A stretch of 64,000 nt of DNA from Chlorokybus atmophyticus (Eukaryota; Plantae; Mesostigma and Chlorokybus algae): NCBI GenBank assembly GCA_009103225.1, contig RHPI01000249.1, positions 117,165 through 181,164 of the forward strand, in the 5' to 3' direction. Under the pieces are notes generated by a model. The model was not told where the DNA came from and ran no database searches. It saw nothing but the letters and a program-made list of their open reading frames with translations. The translations under genes were made by a program, and so were the position numbers. Shown one piece after another: positions 34,226 through 58,751 of the stretch; positions within the stretch are counted from its first letter, which is position 1; each line of letters starts with the position of its first letter.

Positions 34226-35323
34226 CGTCACCCGCTGCCACCGCCACCACCGCCGCCGCCGCCGCGCCCGCGACTCTTCGCGTTGACGCCTGCCACTGGA
34301 TCCTACGTGGCCATGCAGATGGATCTCTGAGGAAGATTCATTTATGCTCTCTTCCCGGGACTCCCGAACAAGCAAGAAAAGCAAAAACCAATGAATACAT
34401 GAACGGAATGACAAAGCAAACACTTGGAGTTACGACGCGTGACCGTGAACCTTTGTGACGTAACTGTAGTGACGTCACTGGGGAGATTTAGGGTTTGCTT
34501 GCTCTGTGCTTGTCGTGGTTGTCGTCGTCGTCGTCGTTGGGCGTGGCGGCTGTGGCAGCGGCGGGACCTGGTTGCGAAGCAGGTGGGATCTGTATTGGAG
34601 AGAAGAGGTATTTCTGTTGTCCAACTGTCGCCAGCTCGTTTCGTCGCTTGGGGTGGCAGCACTGTGGTAAACATCAACGCCCAGGTGCGGTGAAGCAGTG
34701 TGCGTGCGTGGTTGCTGTCGCCTTGCTTGTTTGATTGCAGTAGTGTGCGTATGTCATATTGTACTTATGACTGCATTGTATGCGCTTGTTTGTTGATGCC
34801 TTGCAGTTGATGCTCAATTCGGCTATTTGTTTACGTGTAATTGAAATAGTACAGTTCGCTTGCATGCTGTGGGCTCCTAGAGGCGACTCCTGTCTCAGCT
34901 GAATCGTTGTTCTTGATTTGCTTACAGCACTTTGTCAATTCTTGGCCATCACATGGACTGCACATCTATAGCTTTGGGAGGCTGCAGACAGCTGCGCACT
35001 TGATTGGCCCCTTTGGCAACTGTCGCCAAGTAAGTTGAGGTTTTTTTGCACATCACACAGCATGATGTGCATGCGGAGCGTATGCATTAGCTTGTTAGTC
35101 ACAAGCAACGGTTTGCTTGTGACTAACAAGCAAACCGCGTTTTCCCTTCGACACACCCATTCTGTGCATAAACAGCACCAGGTAGTTTAAATGCAGATAA
35201 TCATGCGTATTCTTAGCGCATGTGTGGCATCCACTCTCCTTTCTCACGATGCATGGTATAATTGTGTTTACATTTATATTGTATTTACAAATTGAGCACC
35301 ATTGACTACACATCTGCTGCAGG

Positions 35324-38300
35324 ATGCCTTCGCTTTCTCCTGATCGTCGCGGGCGATCCACTGAGAGGGAGAGAGACCGAGACCGCGAGAGGGGAAGGGA
35401 TCGGGAAGACAAAGACAGCAAGGCTGGGCGCAGGGATGAAAGAGAGAAAGACAGAGACAGAGACCGTCGGGACCGGGACCGAGACCAGGATAAGGACCGC
35501 GATAGGGATAGGGAAAGGGAAAGGGAAAGGGAAAGGGAAAGGGAAAGGGAAAGGGAGCGTGGCAGGGATGATAGAGACAGAGGCAGGGACCGGGACAGAG
35601 ACCGCGAGCGCAGCCGGGATCGGGACAGGGCAGTGAGCCGAGACAGAGCAGTGAGCCGGGATCGAGACCGGGAGCGGGAGCGGGAGCGGGATGTTGATAG
35701 GGATCGTGTGCGTGAGAGAGAGCGGGATGAGAGGGATAGAGATCGGGACAGGGAGAGAGAGCGGGATAGGGATAGGGAAAGGGATAGGGGGAGAGATAGG
35801 GGGCGTGATGAGAGTCGCGATGGGAAGGACAGGGCAGATGGCGACAGAGCAGAGAATGGGAGCGCACGCAAGCGCAAGGAGAGGGACGGCTCTGAGGACG
35901 GTGAAGTGGTTGTGGAGGACAAGACGGCGGATGCGGCTGCAGAGAACGGCAATAATAAGAAACCCAAACTGGACCCATTGTCATTGGAAGAAATCCTGCG
36001 CCGAAAGGTGATGCAACACATGTGGATACATGGCCTGGACAGTTGCTTTGTGCAAGCGTTGAACAAACACAGCTTGCATGCAAAGTCAGCTGTGCTGTTG
36101 TGTCTTGCAGAAGGAAGAGGCGGAGAAGCAGGCCAAGCCGGTGTTCTTGAATAAGGCTCAGAGAGAGGCGCTGGCTTTGGAGCGGCGCACGGCAGCCGTT
36201 GCAGAACAGCAGAAGTTGCGCGAACAGCAGGAGCGCGACCGTGACCACATGCGGTCTCGTGATCGCACTGAAAGAGACCGGGAACGCGAGCGCAGGTACG
36301 TGGCATTGACAGTTGCTGCCTCCGTTGGTGTGACACATTGCAGCAGGAACTGATGTGAGTTGTCTTGCAGGGAAGCGGAAGAGAGGGAGAAGCTGCGCGA
36401 TGCCGAGCGGGAAGAAAGGCACAAAGAAGTGGAGCGCAACAAAGAGTTGCAAGCGCTTAGGGACCAATATCTTGGTGTGAAGAAGCAGAAGAAGCGCGTC
36501 ATCAAACCGAGTGAGAAGTTTAGATTCAGCTTCGATTGGGAAAACACCGACGACACGTCGCGTGACAACAATCCGCTTTACCAAGTAAATGCCTGCAACT
36601 GTTGCAGTCAACTCTCTGTTTCTCGTACTTGATGTGTTTTTGTGTCAACTCCTGTGCCTTGCAGAACCCTCATGAGGCGCACCTGCTGTTTGGAAGGGGT
36701 TTTATCGCCGGCATGGACAGGAGGGAACAGAAGAAGCAGGCTGCTATATTTGAGAAGACTCTCAGAGAGAAGATGCGCACCGCACATGGCGAGACCACAA
36801 CATCTGAGCACAGGCTCCTCGATCAACAACTCGCAGACGCAGCTGACAGGTACACATTTTTGGTCATAAGCTCAGAGGGTATCACTCGTCATCGTGTGGC
36901 AAGCTTGTCTGTTAACATTAAAATCTAATGCAGGTATGACTCCTTTGATATGCGCATCGATCGTCACTGGACGGAGAAGAAGTTGGAGGAGATGACTGAG
37001 CGAGACTGGCGCATCTTCCGTGAGGACTTCAATATGGCTTTCAAGGGCGGGAGGCTGCCCAACCCGATGCGCAACTGGGACGAGGCAGGCCTGTCCAAGC
37101 AGGTCATGCGCGCCGTGGAGAAGGTCGGGTACAAGAACCCGACGCCCATCCAGATGGCGGCCATCCCGCTCGGCCTCCAGCAAAGAGACGTCATCGGCAT
37201 CGCTGAGACGGGCTCGGGCAAGACAGCCGCCTTTGTACTGCCCATGCTTGAGTACATCCTCAAGCTCCCGCCCATGAATGAAGAAATCGAGGCCGAAGGG
37301 CCATATGCCGTCATCATGGCGCCCACGCGCGAGCTCGCGCAGCAGATTGAGGAAGAGACTGTCAAGTTTGCGCAGTTTCTGGACCTGCGAGTCACGTCAA
37401 TTGTTGGAGGACAGTCCATTGAAGAGCAGGGATTTAAGTTGAGAAAAGGCTGTGAGATTGTTATTGCCACGCCGGGACGACTCCTGGATTGTCTGGAGCG
37501 GCGGTATGCGGTGCTCAACCAATGCAACTATGTCGTGCTTGATGAAGGTATGGCCATGGCGTATTGCTTTGCTTTTTCAATTGTTCTTGTCGTTGGCGTC
37601 GTTGTTGTTGTTTTGCAAGTATGCGTGTGCGCGTGTCATTGCGTTCTGGTGTGTGTGCATGTGCACATGCGTGTGTGGCTCGTGCTTGCGTCGTACTTAT
37701 GTTAAGTTGTCAATTGCAGCTGATCGCATGATTGACATGGGTTTCGAGCCTCAAGTTGTTGGCGTCCTTGAAGCCATGCCGTCCAGCAATCTCAAGCCGG
37801 AGAATGAGGAGGTGGAGCTTGAGGCTAACAAGGTGTACCGCACGACGTACATGTTCAGTGCAACCATGCCGCCTCAAGTTGAGCGCCTCGCTCGCAAGTA
37901 CCTCCGCAGGTCAGATAAGTGGTTATCACAGACGTTGTGTCAGAAGTGACATGCAAGCTGCTCTTCATCAGAAGCAATGTTGCATCTCAACGTTCAGGCT
38001 GGACATCATAGCCTTGCGTGTTGCATGGTTGTGCACACTAACACATGTAATGTCTAGGCCCGCGGTGGTGACGATTGGCACGGCAGGACGCGCGGCGGAG
38101 AACGTGACGCAGAATGTGGTGATGGTGAAGGAGACGGAGAAGCGTGACAGGCTGATATCCTTCCTCGAGCAGATTGGTGACCAGCAGTGTATCGTGTTTG
38201 TGAATGTCAAAAAGCAGTGCGACAGTGTGTTCAAGTCGTTGGACAAGTTGGGCTACAAGGCCACGGTGCTGCACGGAGGTAAGACCCAGGAGCAGAGAGA

Positions 38301-38652
38301 GGTGAGTCTCGAAGGTTTCCGAGGCAGGAAGTACAGCGTGCTCGTGGCTACGGATGTGGCTGGCCGTGGTATCGATATCCCCGACGTGGCCCATGTGGTC
38401 AACTACGACATGCCCAACACAATCGAGGCGTACACGCATCGCATTGGGCGCACAGGACGCGCCGGCAAGAAGGGCACGGCCACGACGTATCTCACAGTCG
38501 GCGATTCAGACGTGTTCTATGATCTCAAGCAGCTTCTTACTTCTTCGGACAATGCTGTGCCACCCGAGCTCGCGCGACATGAGGCTGCCAAGTTCAAGCC
38601 GGGAAGCGTACCCGACAGACCAAAGCGCAAGGACGACAAGATCTTCCTGTGA
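35324..38652 (+). CDS. PRP28: U5 snRNP DEAD-box helicase PRP28/DDX23 with an RD/RE-rich N-terminus
   Basis: Motifs [56 protein letters not shown]|[13 protein letters not shown] (DEAD split by an intron), MFSATM and [12 protein letters not shown]. Confidence 0.96.
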
Positions 38653-39250
38653 AAGAAGCTGTGTATGTGCGCTGGTTGCTCGTTGTTAAAATAGAACTTG
38701 TAGTATGGTACTATCAGATAATCATACACGCACAGGTAATGTACAATTTACGTCAATGGTTGCATGCTGGCATAGCCTTGTTCCTTGTGCATTTTTAAAT
38801 GATTTCACAGATTATGTGTGTTGAGGCCGTACGATTATACTTTTGCACAGCATTGCATATATATACACACACGCATAGCTGCGCTTGCCAACTGCATCAG
38901 CAAAACTCACCTTGCATGTGTTGCTGCGTGCTGACTGAACTACACATTATGCATGCGCATGCATGTCCTGCATTTGATGTACACTGTACACTGTCTTGCA
39001 TGCAAGCATCCGAGTACAAGGCTGGTGTACAAAAAACGGCGGTATGTGTGTTCAACTGGGTGGGTAGAAGAATTATTATTGCAGGTGCTTTGCGATGCCA
39101 TTGCACCCTATCACAATGCATTATACATGTCCGCATGTCACGTGTGCAGTGTACATTAAGAGTAATGTATTGTGAAATCTGAACAGCACAAGTCGGGACT
39201 GGAAGCAAGCCAGGCCAGACCAGGCTAGGCCAGGCCAGGCCGAGTGGCGG

Positions 39251-42200
39251 ATGGCGGCCCAGCAGCAGCCGCTCCTGCTGGTGGCGGAGGAGTACGCAGG
39301 CGGCGGCGGTGACGTGGGCAGGCGCACGCTGAGCATTGTCCAAGACAGTGGCGGCAAGCTAGTGCATGTCAGGTCCGTGCTTGCATCCCGCATTGTTATC
39401 ATCAATTATTTCGATGTATGGAAGTTATGATAGTGTGATCGGCACTGCGTCTGCTGCTGTACTGCGCATGGATATAAGCACTCCCACCAACGGCTGGTTA
39501 ACGTTTGACGTTGTTACATAGTCATGCATGCCACCAACATACGCTCAGGTATACAACTCTGCTTACATGTCTGCCAATTGAGACAGAACTTGGCACACAA
39601 CAGGCTCACTTTGTCATGTGATTGTGACGTGATTGTGGACGTTTGCCAGTCATGAAGCAGGTCAGGCCTGGTCATGGTTCCTTTTCCTCAGGGCAGCCTT
39701 CCTGCCAGAGGTAATGTACAAATCATGACCAACGACCAGTGTGGATGCTCATGTTGATGTTCCGCGTCAGCTGGCACGCTGTGTAAGAACTTTTTGTTGG
39801 TTGTTTTGAATTTGATATGTCATTCACCTGTGTGGTATGTTGTATGTATGCATTACATGTTGTTCTCTGCACCTTGTAACAGGGCTTCCCGAGCAGCGTG
39901 ACACCCGATTACTTGCCATTCCAAGTATGGGACACTCTGCAGGTATCGTGCACCATTTTTGTACAACTGTGCAAAACTTGTTATGTTCAGGACTGATATT
40001 AAAATGTCCTGCATTGGCATGTGACTGTTCTGTACGATCTTCTGTGCACCCACAGGGCCTCTCTTCTTATATCCGAGGCATGCTCTCCACTCAGGTGAAG
40101 CAGCATTGATGAATCAAGTCTAGCTTATATGTTCAGACATTGTTTACATGACAGACAGATATGCAGTAGTAATGTCTGGACATACAGTCAATGGCACCGC
40201 TGGTAGAAGGTTATCATCACGAGTGTATACTGTCGACAATACGTGCACACAACGCAACCATGGCAGGCGCTGTTGGCGGGGTTGGGTGTGGGAGTGAGTG
40301 GTGCGAGCGCGATATCGGCAGCGTACCAGTGGTTCCTCCGCGACGCGGCCGCCATGCTCGCCGGCATCGCCTTCACCCTCCTCCAAGTATACTGGCTTTC
40401 GTTGCTGTTGCTGCGCGGTACCCGTGCGTGTGCGCGCATGTGTGCACGATCGCTCTCCCTCTTGCAAGTGCGTGTGGGGGTGCTTATGCCCGCATGTGCG
40501 CACGCTCTTTCTCCCTTGCCGATTGGGTGTGTGAATGTGCGTGCGCGTGCACACGCACGCACGCACCTTCACACATGCACACACGCAAGAGAGAAAGCGA
40601 GCGCACAGAGGACACGCGCGTGTGCGCGCGCACACTTTCCAAAGCGCACACGCGCAATCTCAATGAGCATTGTAGCCATGCACATTTTGCATTAATTGAT
40701 CGAGCAATTGGCCAACAGGGTTCCAGTCTCGACTCCAGAGCGAAGCAGTGGCGTCTTGCAGCAGACTGCTTGAACGACTTTGGTAACTGGGACGAAGTTG
40801 CTGCCTTGTTCCCCCTCTGAGAGGTTGTGATCCTGGTCGAATAGACCTGTTTTCCTTTCTCCCTCTAGGAATGGCTGTCGAGCTGGCTGCACCCATCGTG
40901 CCCGCGCTGTTCCTCCCTTTGGCTTGCATTGGAAGCATCGCCAGAGCTATAAGTAAGATGTTCCAGTCAATAACGGCACAAGTGCATCCTTGACATAGTG
41001 TGCATGCATGAGCACACACATGTACACACAACCACGCGTGCATGTATGTGCACACACATGCAGACATACCCGCACGCGCACGCACACTCACTAAGTAACC
41101 GCATTCCTATGTCCAGCTGGTGTTGCGGGCGGGGCCACGCGGGTCGCTTTGACACAACACTTTGCGCTCAAGCAGAACGCCGCCGACATCTCCGCCAAGG
41201 TAATTTCCACACAAAGTCCTTATCTTAGGCATTTACAAAAACTGACCTGTTGTTTACACAGGAGGGCAGTCAGGAGACTGTGGCCACACTGTTAGGGATG
41301 CTGCTGGGCATGCTGCTGGTTAAGCTAACTGCGGGGCGGGCAATGCTGATGTGGACATCATTCATCGCACTAACTGCCTTCCATGTGTTTGGTAGGTGTG
41401 CTCGTATGCCATCCCGTGAGCAGTGTTGGTGTACACATAAACATTTCCGCCTTTGCAGCTAACTACAGGGCCATGCGGTGCTTACATCTCACATCGCTCA
41501 ATCGCGAAAGGACGGCCATCTTGCTTCGTCAATACCGAGACACCAAGACTGGTGCGTGTGCATGTGGCAAACCAAGTACACCAGTCATTGCCGCACATAT
41601 GCAATGCCAACAGGCATTCCCACGCCTGCAAGCACCTCACACACATGCACCCGCTTGTGTGCACGCGCGCACGCAGTTGTAGCCACGGTCATGTGCATGT
41701 GTGCGCGCTGGCATAAGCACATCTAGATGCCCACGCACATGCACATACATGCACACGCCTGAAAACACAGACACACTGCTTAGATAGTGTGTCTCGTTCA
41801 ACCTGACATTGTGGTGTTGATGGCAGTGCTCCAACCCGCAGCCGTTGCAGCAATGGAGTCGGTTCTGCCAGGCGGATTGGACCCCAGCCTCAGACGTATC
41901 ATACTAGGATGCCGGCTGGCATCATGCAAAGCCAGGTGACACTATGATGCAATGGTTGGTTTATGCCAGCCAAGCTCATCAACCTTGTATGCTTGCAGCA
42001 TGAGTGAGCTGCAGAGACTACGCGAGCAATGTATGCGAGGTGAGAACAGCCGCTTGCAGTGTGTTAGATCGCACATCCTGACTGAGGTGTGACACAACAT
42101 ATAAAAGAGGGTTGTTGGTATGCTGCTCCATCCCAGACAGGTACGCCATTCACCTGGCTGGCGAGGACGTCCTCGTGGTGCTTGACAAGCAGGCGGACAG

Positions 42201-42507
42201 CGATGACATTTTGCGGGGATTTGTATCTGCATTGGTGCTTTCGGAGAGGCCAGGAAGGGAATGGATGAAATTGGCCTGCGAGGAGTATTTACGCAAGGTA
42301 ACGTCCGACACACCAAGGCACAAGTCCGCTTCACCATGACTATATATGGTGTTGCAAGCATTCCTGCATGCAGAATGGTTACCTTGCATGCAGGTTGCTG
42401 AGAATGGTTGGGACATCCGCCGCACACTGCTGGAGGCAGGCTCGTATCGCGTTGTGTGGGGCGACAACTCCTCAAGTTCAATGATGCCAGCACAGCCAAG
42501 AAAGTGA
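39251..42507 (+). CDS. RUS3: ROOT UVB SENSITIVE (RUS/DUF647) family protein, RUS3-like; many small exons including a 19-nt exon at 39692-39710
   Basis: Spliced motifs FLPE|GFPSSVTPDYLPFQVWDTLQ|GLSSYIRGMLSTQ|ALL...QWFLRD, AKQWRLAADCLND, GGATRVALTQHFALKQNAADISAK|EGSQETVATLLGM. Confidence 0.88.
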
Positions 42508-42696
42508 TGTCCGTTAGTTGGTTCTGATGCAATCATGCTTGCACACCGAAGGAGCTGACAACAGAGAGCGATCACTTGTGGGGACCATGCAAGGAAAGGC
42601 AAACACACGCATGTGCTTCCTGTGATCCAAGTGCTTTACATTACGAAATCAGCAGGAATACTATATGTATACCGCAATGCACTGCATGTGACTAGG

Positions 42697-45320
42697 CTAT
42701 TGCCTCCACGCATGCGACTCCTCCAAGTTCTCATCATCCTCCCACCAAGTGGATGTCTGCGCAGACACATCACAATGAGGCTTGCTGCTCTTGGTGCACA
42801 ACCGACAATCATGCCTTGCATACCCCATACTGGTCGACGAAGGATATTTGCCATACCAATTGAACAACATTCGCACCTTGTAACCTCGGCGCAAAAATTC
42901 CATGGCGGACCCCTTCTCTTCCGTGTCTAGCCCTATTGCTCTGAGCAACTCTTCCTTCATCTGCAAGTCATCCAGAGAGAATCACGTACTCTGCAAACTT
43001 GCGTGCCTCGCCGCGTGAAGTTTCCAGAACACCACATCACCACCCACCTGACCCAAGTTGTAGCGTTTCCTCTGCTCAGCCACGCACGCGTACGAGTTGT
43101 CCCGCTGCTTCAACATCGCTTGCCAGGGACCTGCTTGCAACACACGTGTCGCCAATGACCACACAAGGGCACTTGACAACAACAATGTGTTGGGGAGGGA
43201 CTGAGGCAACCATGCAGACATGACACAACTTACCTGGGTATATCCTCAGCAATGCGCCGCTGTAGTTCAACACAAACGGCGCGACGGACACGCTCTGATG
43301 CACCAACAGATATTGGTTTAACAACCCAGCACATCATTTGGTACAGCACATCGGTGTGCAATAGTGATGAAGGCGTACCTTGCTGTAGTCTCGAGGGCGT
43401 ATATAAAACACGGGGAGGAACTGCGACAAAAACCGGTACTGCAATGACTTCGGCGGGAACCCAAGCAGGCCGAGGTCAGACCTGCAGATACAGAATGTTG
43501 TATTGGTGTGCACCAATATGCCAATATGTTGCACGCTGTCTGCTAATATGTCGACATATGGTCACAATTGCGGCACATATTACCTCAGCGTGTCCAACTC
43601 CAGGTTGAAGAGAACCAATGGCACCTTCGTGGCAAACGCATCCTGTAGGTGCAATCGTTGTTTATGTGGTGGTTGTGTGACAGTTGCAACAAACGCAGAT
43701 GCCAAAGTGCTTCAGCGTCACCCCTTTTCCCCTTCTCCTCTCGCAAGTGCTTACCACAAAGCGCTCAATGCCAGGCAGTTCAACTGTCGAGCAGTTGATG
43801 ACAATGTACATGTCTGCAGGCTCCTGAGCTCGCGCAACTAGCCCCGCTGCACATGCAGACAAGTTTGCAACAACTCAGCCACAAGCACATGTCGCAGGTG
43901 TGCACACACACGTATACACACATGCGAGAGGTCATGCACACAACTGTAAGAACGCACTGCCAGGCACACACACACGCGCATGCACCCACACACCTACGCA
44001 CACCACCACCACCACCACCACCACCACTACCACCACCACCACCAACACCACCACAACTGACCATCGAGCTCGCCGGCCCAGGCGGAAGAAAGCCGGTTGC
44101 GGGCAGCTGCGAAGAGACCGGGGCTTGAGTTCGGCACATCTTCCAAGCTTGTCATGGACAAGTTGGGCTCCTGTCCAGAGAGTTTAACCGTTGCAACATG
44201 TAACCAGGCATACGTCTTGATTGGTGTGTACACAACAGCAAGTGCACTCACCAACTGCAACGCATTGGAGAACTTCTTGAGTGCACGCCTTAGCTCTGCT
44301 CTATCAGGTGTCACCTACAAAGAAGCAAAAGCCATCAGTGTAACCACATGCACAACAATGCATTTGGACAAACACTCAATGGTAACATTGACAACTTGCT
44401 ATGCTTACAATGCAAATTTTCTTTTCTCCTTTCGCGTACTTTCTTGCCAATGCCAGCGCCAGCTGTGTGTTTGCATCAATAAAGTCATCACTTGATCCCT
44501 GCACAAGAAAGACATGACGTCAACTGCTGGCTTTTAATGCAAAATCACAATGCATTGCCATGTATGCAAGCACTCACCGTGTACCCGCCATCACCACCAG
44601 GCAATGGCCTGCAACCAATACACATGCAGCCAACACAGTCAAATCGATGCCAGAATTGCAACGAAGCACAAACAACGTGCATGCGTGTTCAGCAAGCACA
44701 TGCACTTTGCATGCCTAACAGTGCAGCAATGCATGGGAGTGCAATGCAAAAGTACTTACGGGAATTCAACCTCCATGCGCTGGTGGCCATCAGCAACGGC
44801 CGAAGTCACAGCACCGGCCACGTCTGCATGCACACGAACACACGTACCAGATGTGTCAAGCTGAACTGCATGACAGAATGAGACTACTGCCCTTGCTCGA
44901 ATGGCCACATTTGCACGTGTACAACAATGCCGTCATCAAGTAAGTGTAGTGCATGGTAACATGCAATGCATTGTTACATCACAACACATCTGTCTCACCG
45001 TCAAGAAGGATGTCAAAGGAAGCGGGCCTGTACACAGAAACGCCCTTGGCGGGGTCTTTGTCGGCCGTGGTGGCGGTCGACGGCGACGACGACGAGGCAG
45101 CGGAGACAGGCGGACATCTCCTAGTTGATGTGCTACAGTGCTGTGTGCTGTGCAGTTGCCCCTGCTGCTCCTGCCGTCGCTGCCGCAACAGCTGAGGGCC
45201 GCCCCGCCTGCCGCTGCTGCCGCCCCTGGCCTTCGCCTGCGCCCGCCTTTGCGCTGGACTCGCTGTCAAGCTCCACAACACCTCCACATGAGCAGCTGTA
45301 AGGGCTGCGGTGGACGCCAT
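42697..45320 (-). CDS. LPA3: LOW PSII ACCUMULATION 3 (DUF1995), with a predicted plastid transit peptide
   Basis: Motifs [91 protein letters not shown] and [10 protein letters not shown]. Confidence 0.9.
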
Positions 45321-46636
45321 TGTCGCCCTCGCTGCCACCACCACCGCCGCCGCCGCTGCTGTTACCCACGCAATCTAACCCTAATGCAAGCTACCACCTA
45401 TTGACCCCGTTGCTCAATACTATAAGCAAGCATTGAGTTCGTAATCGACCGATGAGGCAGATCCGAGGGCGTAAACCGCAGTGTTGCAGTGTAGACGTCG
45501 GATGCGTAGAGGATCTGACGGGCTGCAGGGAGTTTGTGTTCAAGGCGTATGGACTGGCCACGTCACCGTGAAGTGCTGCCTCACGTGACCAGTTGTACGG
45601 CCCACCTCAATATGAGAGGGGAAATGACATTCTTGTGAAAGGCCACATGCAATTGTGGCACGCTACTAATTGCGTGATCTCGTAAGTGCACACCACACGA
45701 AGTTATTACTCCATTGAAGGAAATCCACGTTCAATATGTGATTGCACAACTTTTTATAAAATATATCATGCATATGATATAATTATTATGTGCCACTAGC
45801 TTGTAACACATTCGCAATACAATCATTTTTCATAACTCAGTGCAATAAATGATACTGTAGAGGCACGGTCAACGACAAGTCCGCATTGACGAAATTGTGG
45901 CTTTTCTGCCTGTTTCAACCCTTGCTTCACCCACTCCGTGCTTGCGCCTACCATGCTGTCCTTAAGTATACTTGGGAGATGACCTCAGCCTTTTTACACC
46001 TCGTGTACTTTACATAGCCCCTAATCCAGCTTCTAGAACTATCCAGTAGTCAGTTGCTAGCCGTGACTTGTGTGTGTCTTTGCTGTTGACTTGCTGCTTT
46101 GATCTTGTCTACTTGTTGTCTTTCATTTCTATACATCGTATCCCGACAGAAAGACGATACTTTCAAGTTCATGATTATAAAAGAAGTCCAGCACCGTTTA
46201 AAGCAGAATATACTAACTACATTGGACAATACATCTGTCATTCGTGATGACTATAGTAACATGTGTCGTAATGCATCATGTCAAGCGTCTGTGGAATATC
46301 AAAGTTTTTAATTCAACAGAACGATGATGCAGACTATGACATATATTGATCTTTCGATATCATGAACACTTTCAGTTTCAACATGTAAAATAGCCATTGA
46401 TGTTTATGCGTATGCTTTCATGCCAACATAAAGCTATTGAATGCAAGTGTGTGCATACACCATGCGATTTTGCATGAGAGGATGCACCCATGCTTTCTGT
46501 CTAATCAGTGCAAGTTGTGTATGCTCGGCTACCCATTGACAATCATATCATCACCAATGAAAGGCAAGGGTATAATCGCGTCCGCATCTACCACTTTATT
46601 TGGAGTTGTACGCTTGCCACTACATATGCCATTGGC

Positions 46637-57069
<10,433 letters not shown>

Positions 57070-58751
57070 ATCTACTTCAACACTTCGAAGCTATTGTTAC
57101 TACACACGCTCGTCTACATACACAAACACAAACACATACACACAAGGGCACTAACAGTAACCATCCATTGAGTAGAATCTCTATACGAGGGTACTTGGGT
57201 GTATCAGCTTCTCAGCTGGTAGATAGCATTGTAGACGTTGTTGTTGTTGGTGGCAACGTCGTCGCCGCCACCGCCGCCGCCGCTAACGTTGTTGCCGCCA
57301 CGTGGCGAACTACCGCCAGTCACGTGACTTTGCGGCTTCCGCATCTTTTGAACGAGCCTTACGGAACTTCCGCAAAAGATCTCAACGGACAATGCATGCT
57401 TCTACATGGACCAGTGGTAATGTGGCATGTCTTGTTACTAGCTCCACGGCTCACAGTATGAGCCATGGTATGAGCCTCATACCACAGCAATTGCACTTCA
57501 AGTCTCAAATTACAATGTGCTCATGGCTATTTCTTGGAGCTTTTTGTAAAATAGCAAATTGTGGTAGTACTTGTGATTGTATGTCAAATTGTACATGACA
57601 TAACATTAATTTGATGATTTCTTAATGTTGTGATGTATGATTTGTGGATTGTGATACTATGTATTATATGCTGACATGCAAACTTTGCTACACATGATAT
57701 ACCACCCACCAAGAGAAAGTTGCTTGCTTGCTACATATACTGGTATTCTATGATATATATGTTACTACGCACATTAACCTGAGTCAAACAGTACCAATAC
57801 TATGCTGTTTGCAAATCTGCACAATGTCCATGTCAAGACATGATTGCATAAAAGCATCCACATCCATTTGACCGTTGGTATGACATCAATATGATGTGCA
57901 AAAGAGATAATCGCACAATTTCATTTCACACACACACATAAATAAACATACATATATATATATATATATGTATGTATATATATATGTGTGTGTGAGAAAT
58001 ATATTTATAGATATATCTATATCTATCTATCCATAAATATAACTCTATAAGTGTGTAAACGTGTTGTGCACCACACATAATACGCAAACATGTTATGCGT
58101 TGTTGGATGCAACATAAGATGCAAATTTTTGCAGCAAGATTATGACACATCGTCGTTGACCACAAAACATGTAATGCGGGCCTTAACAAACTACGACCAT
58201 GGCAGCAAAAGTCGCTACCATGAGAGGTTGTGGGCGTTGCCGCAGAGAGAATGTAAGCGATTGTTGTCAATGCTCGTGTCATTCGTACATGTGCTACACA
58301 TAGTTCAAGCCTTGTCACGTACTACCATCCTTGTGTTCACAACCATAATCACGTTTACCTAATACGCAATTGATGTAACCATATACAGGTGACTACAATA
58401 ACCTCACATCAGATATATAAAGTGATATATCTGTCGGATATATCATGTAAAGTGATATTTCCAACAAATATATCACTTCTGCAAAATCCAACAGAAGTGA
58501 TATACGTGAGGGCGTGGGACCATGCCCTTGTTTTAGCATTTAAAACCTTACTATACTTAATGAAATAGTTTTACAGCTGCACAAATTCATTATCAAAATG
58601 TACAAGACACGCTCGTCTACCCACTCACCATATATCCGCACACCTCTACCTTCATTATCCAACTGTTATTACGTTACAAGGCATCACGCACCCGATATGC
58701 CCGATGCATGAAAGACCCTCACAAACAAGCTTCACTTCACCTTCTCTCACG

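Noticed and set aside
35095-36611. 413-aa and 445-aa minus-strand ORFs
   Set aside because: They are antisense shadows of the low-complexity RD/RE exon of PRP28, with no independent domain signal.
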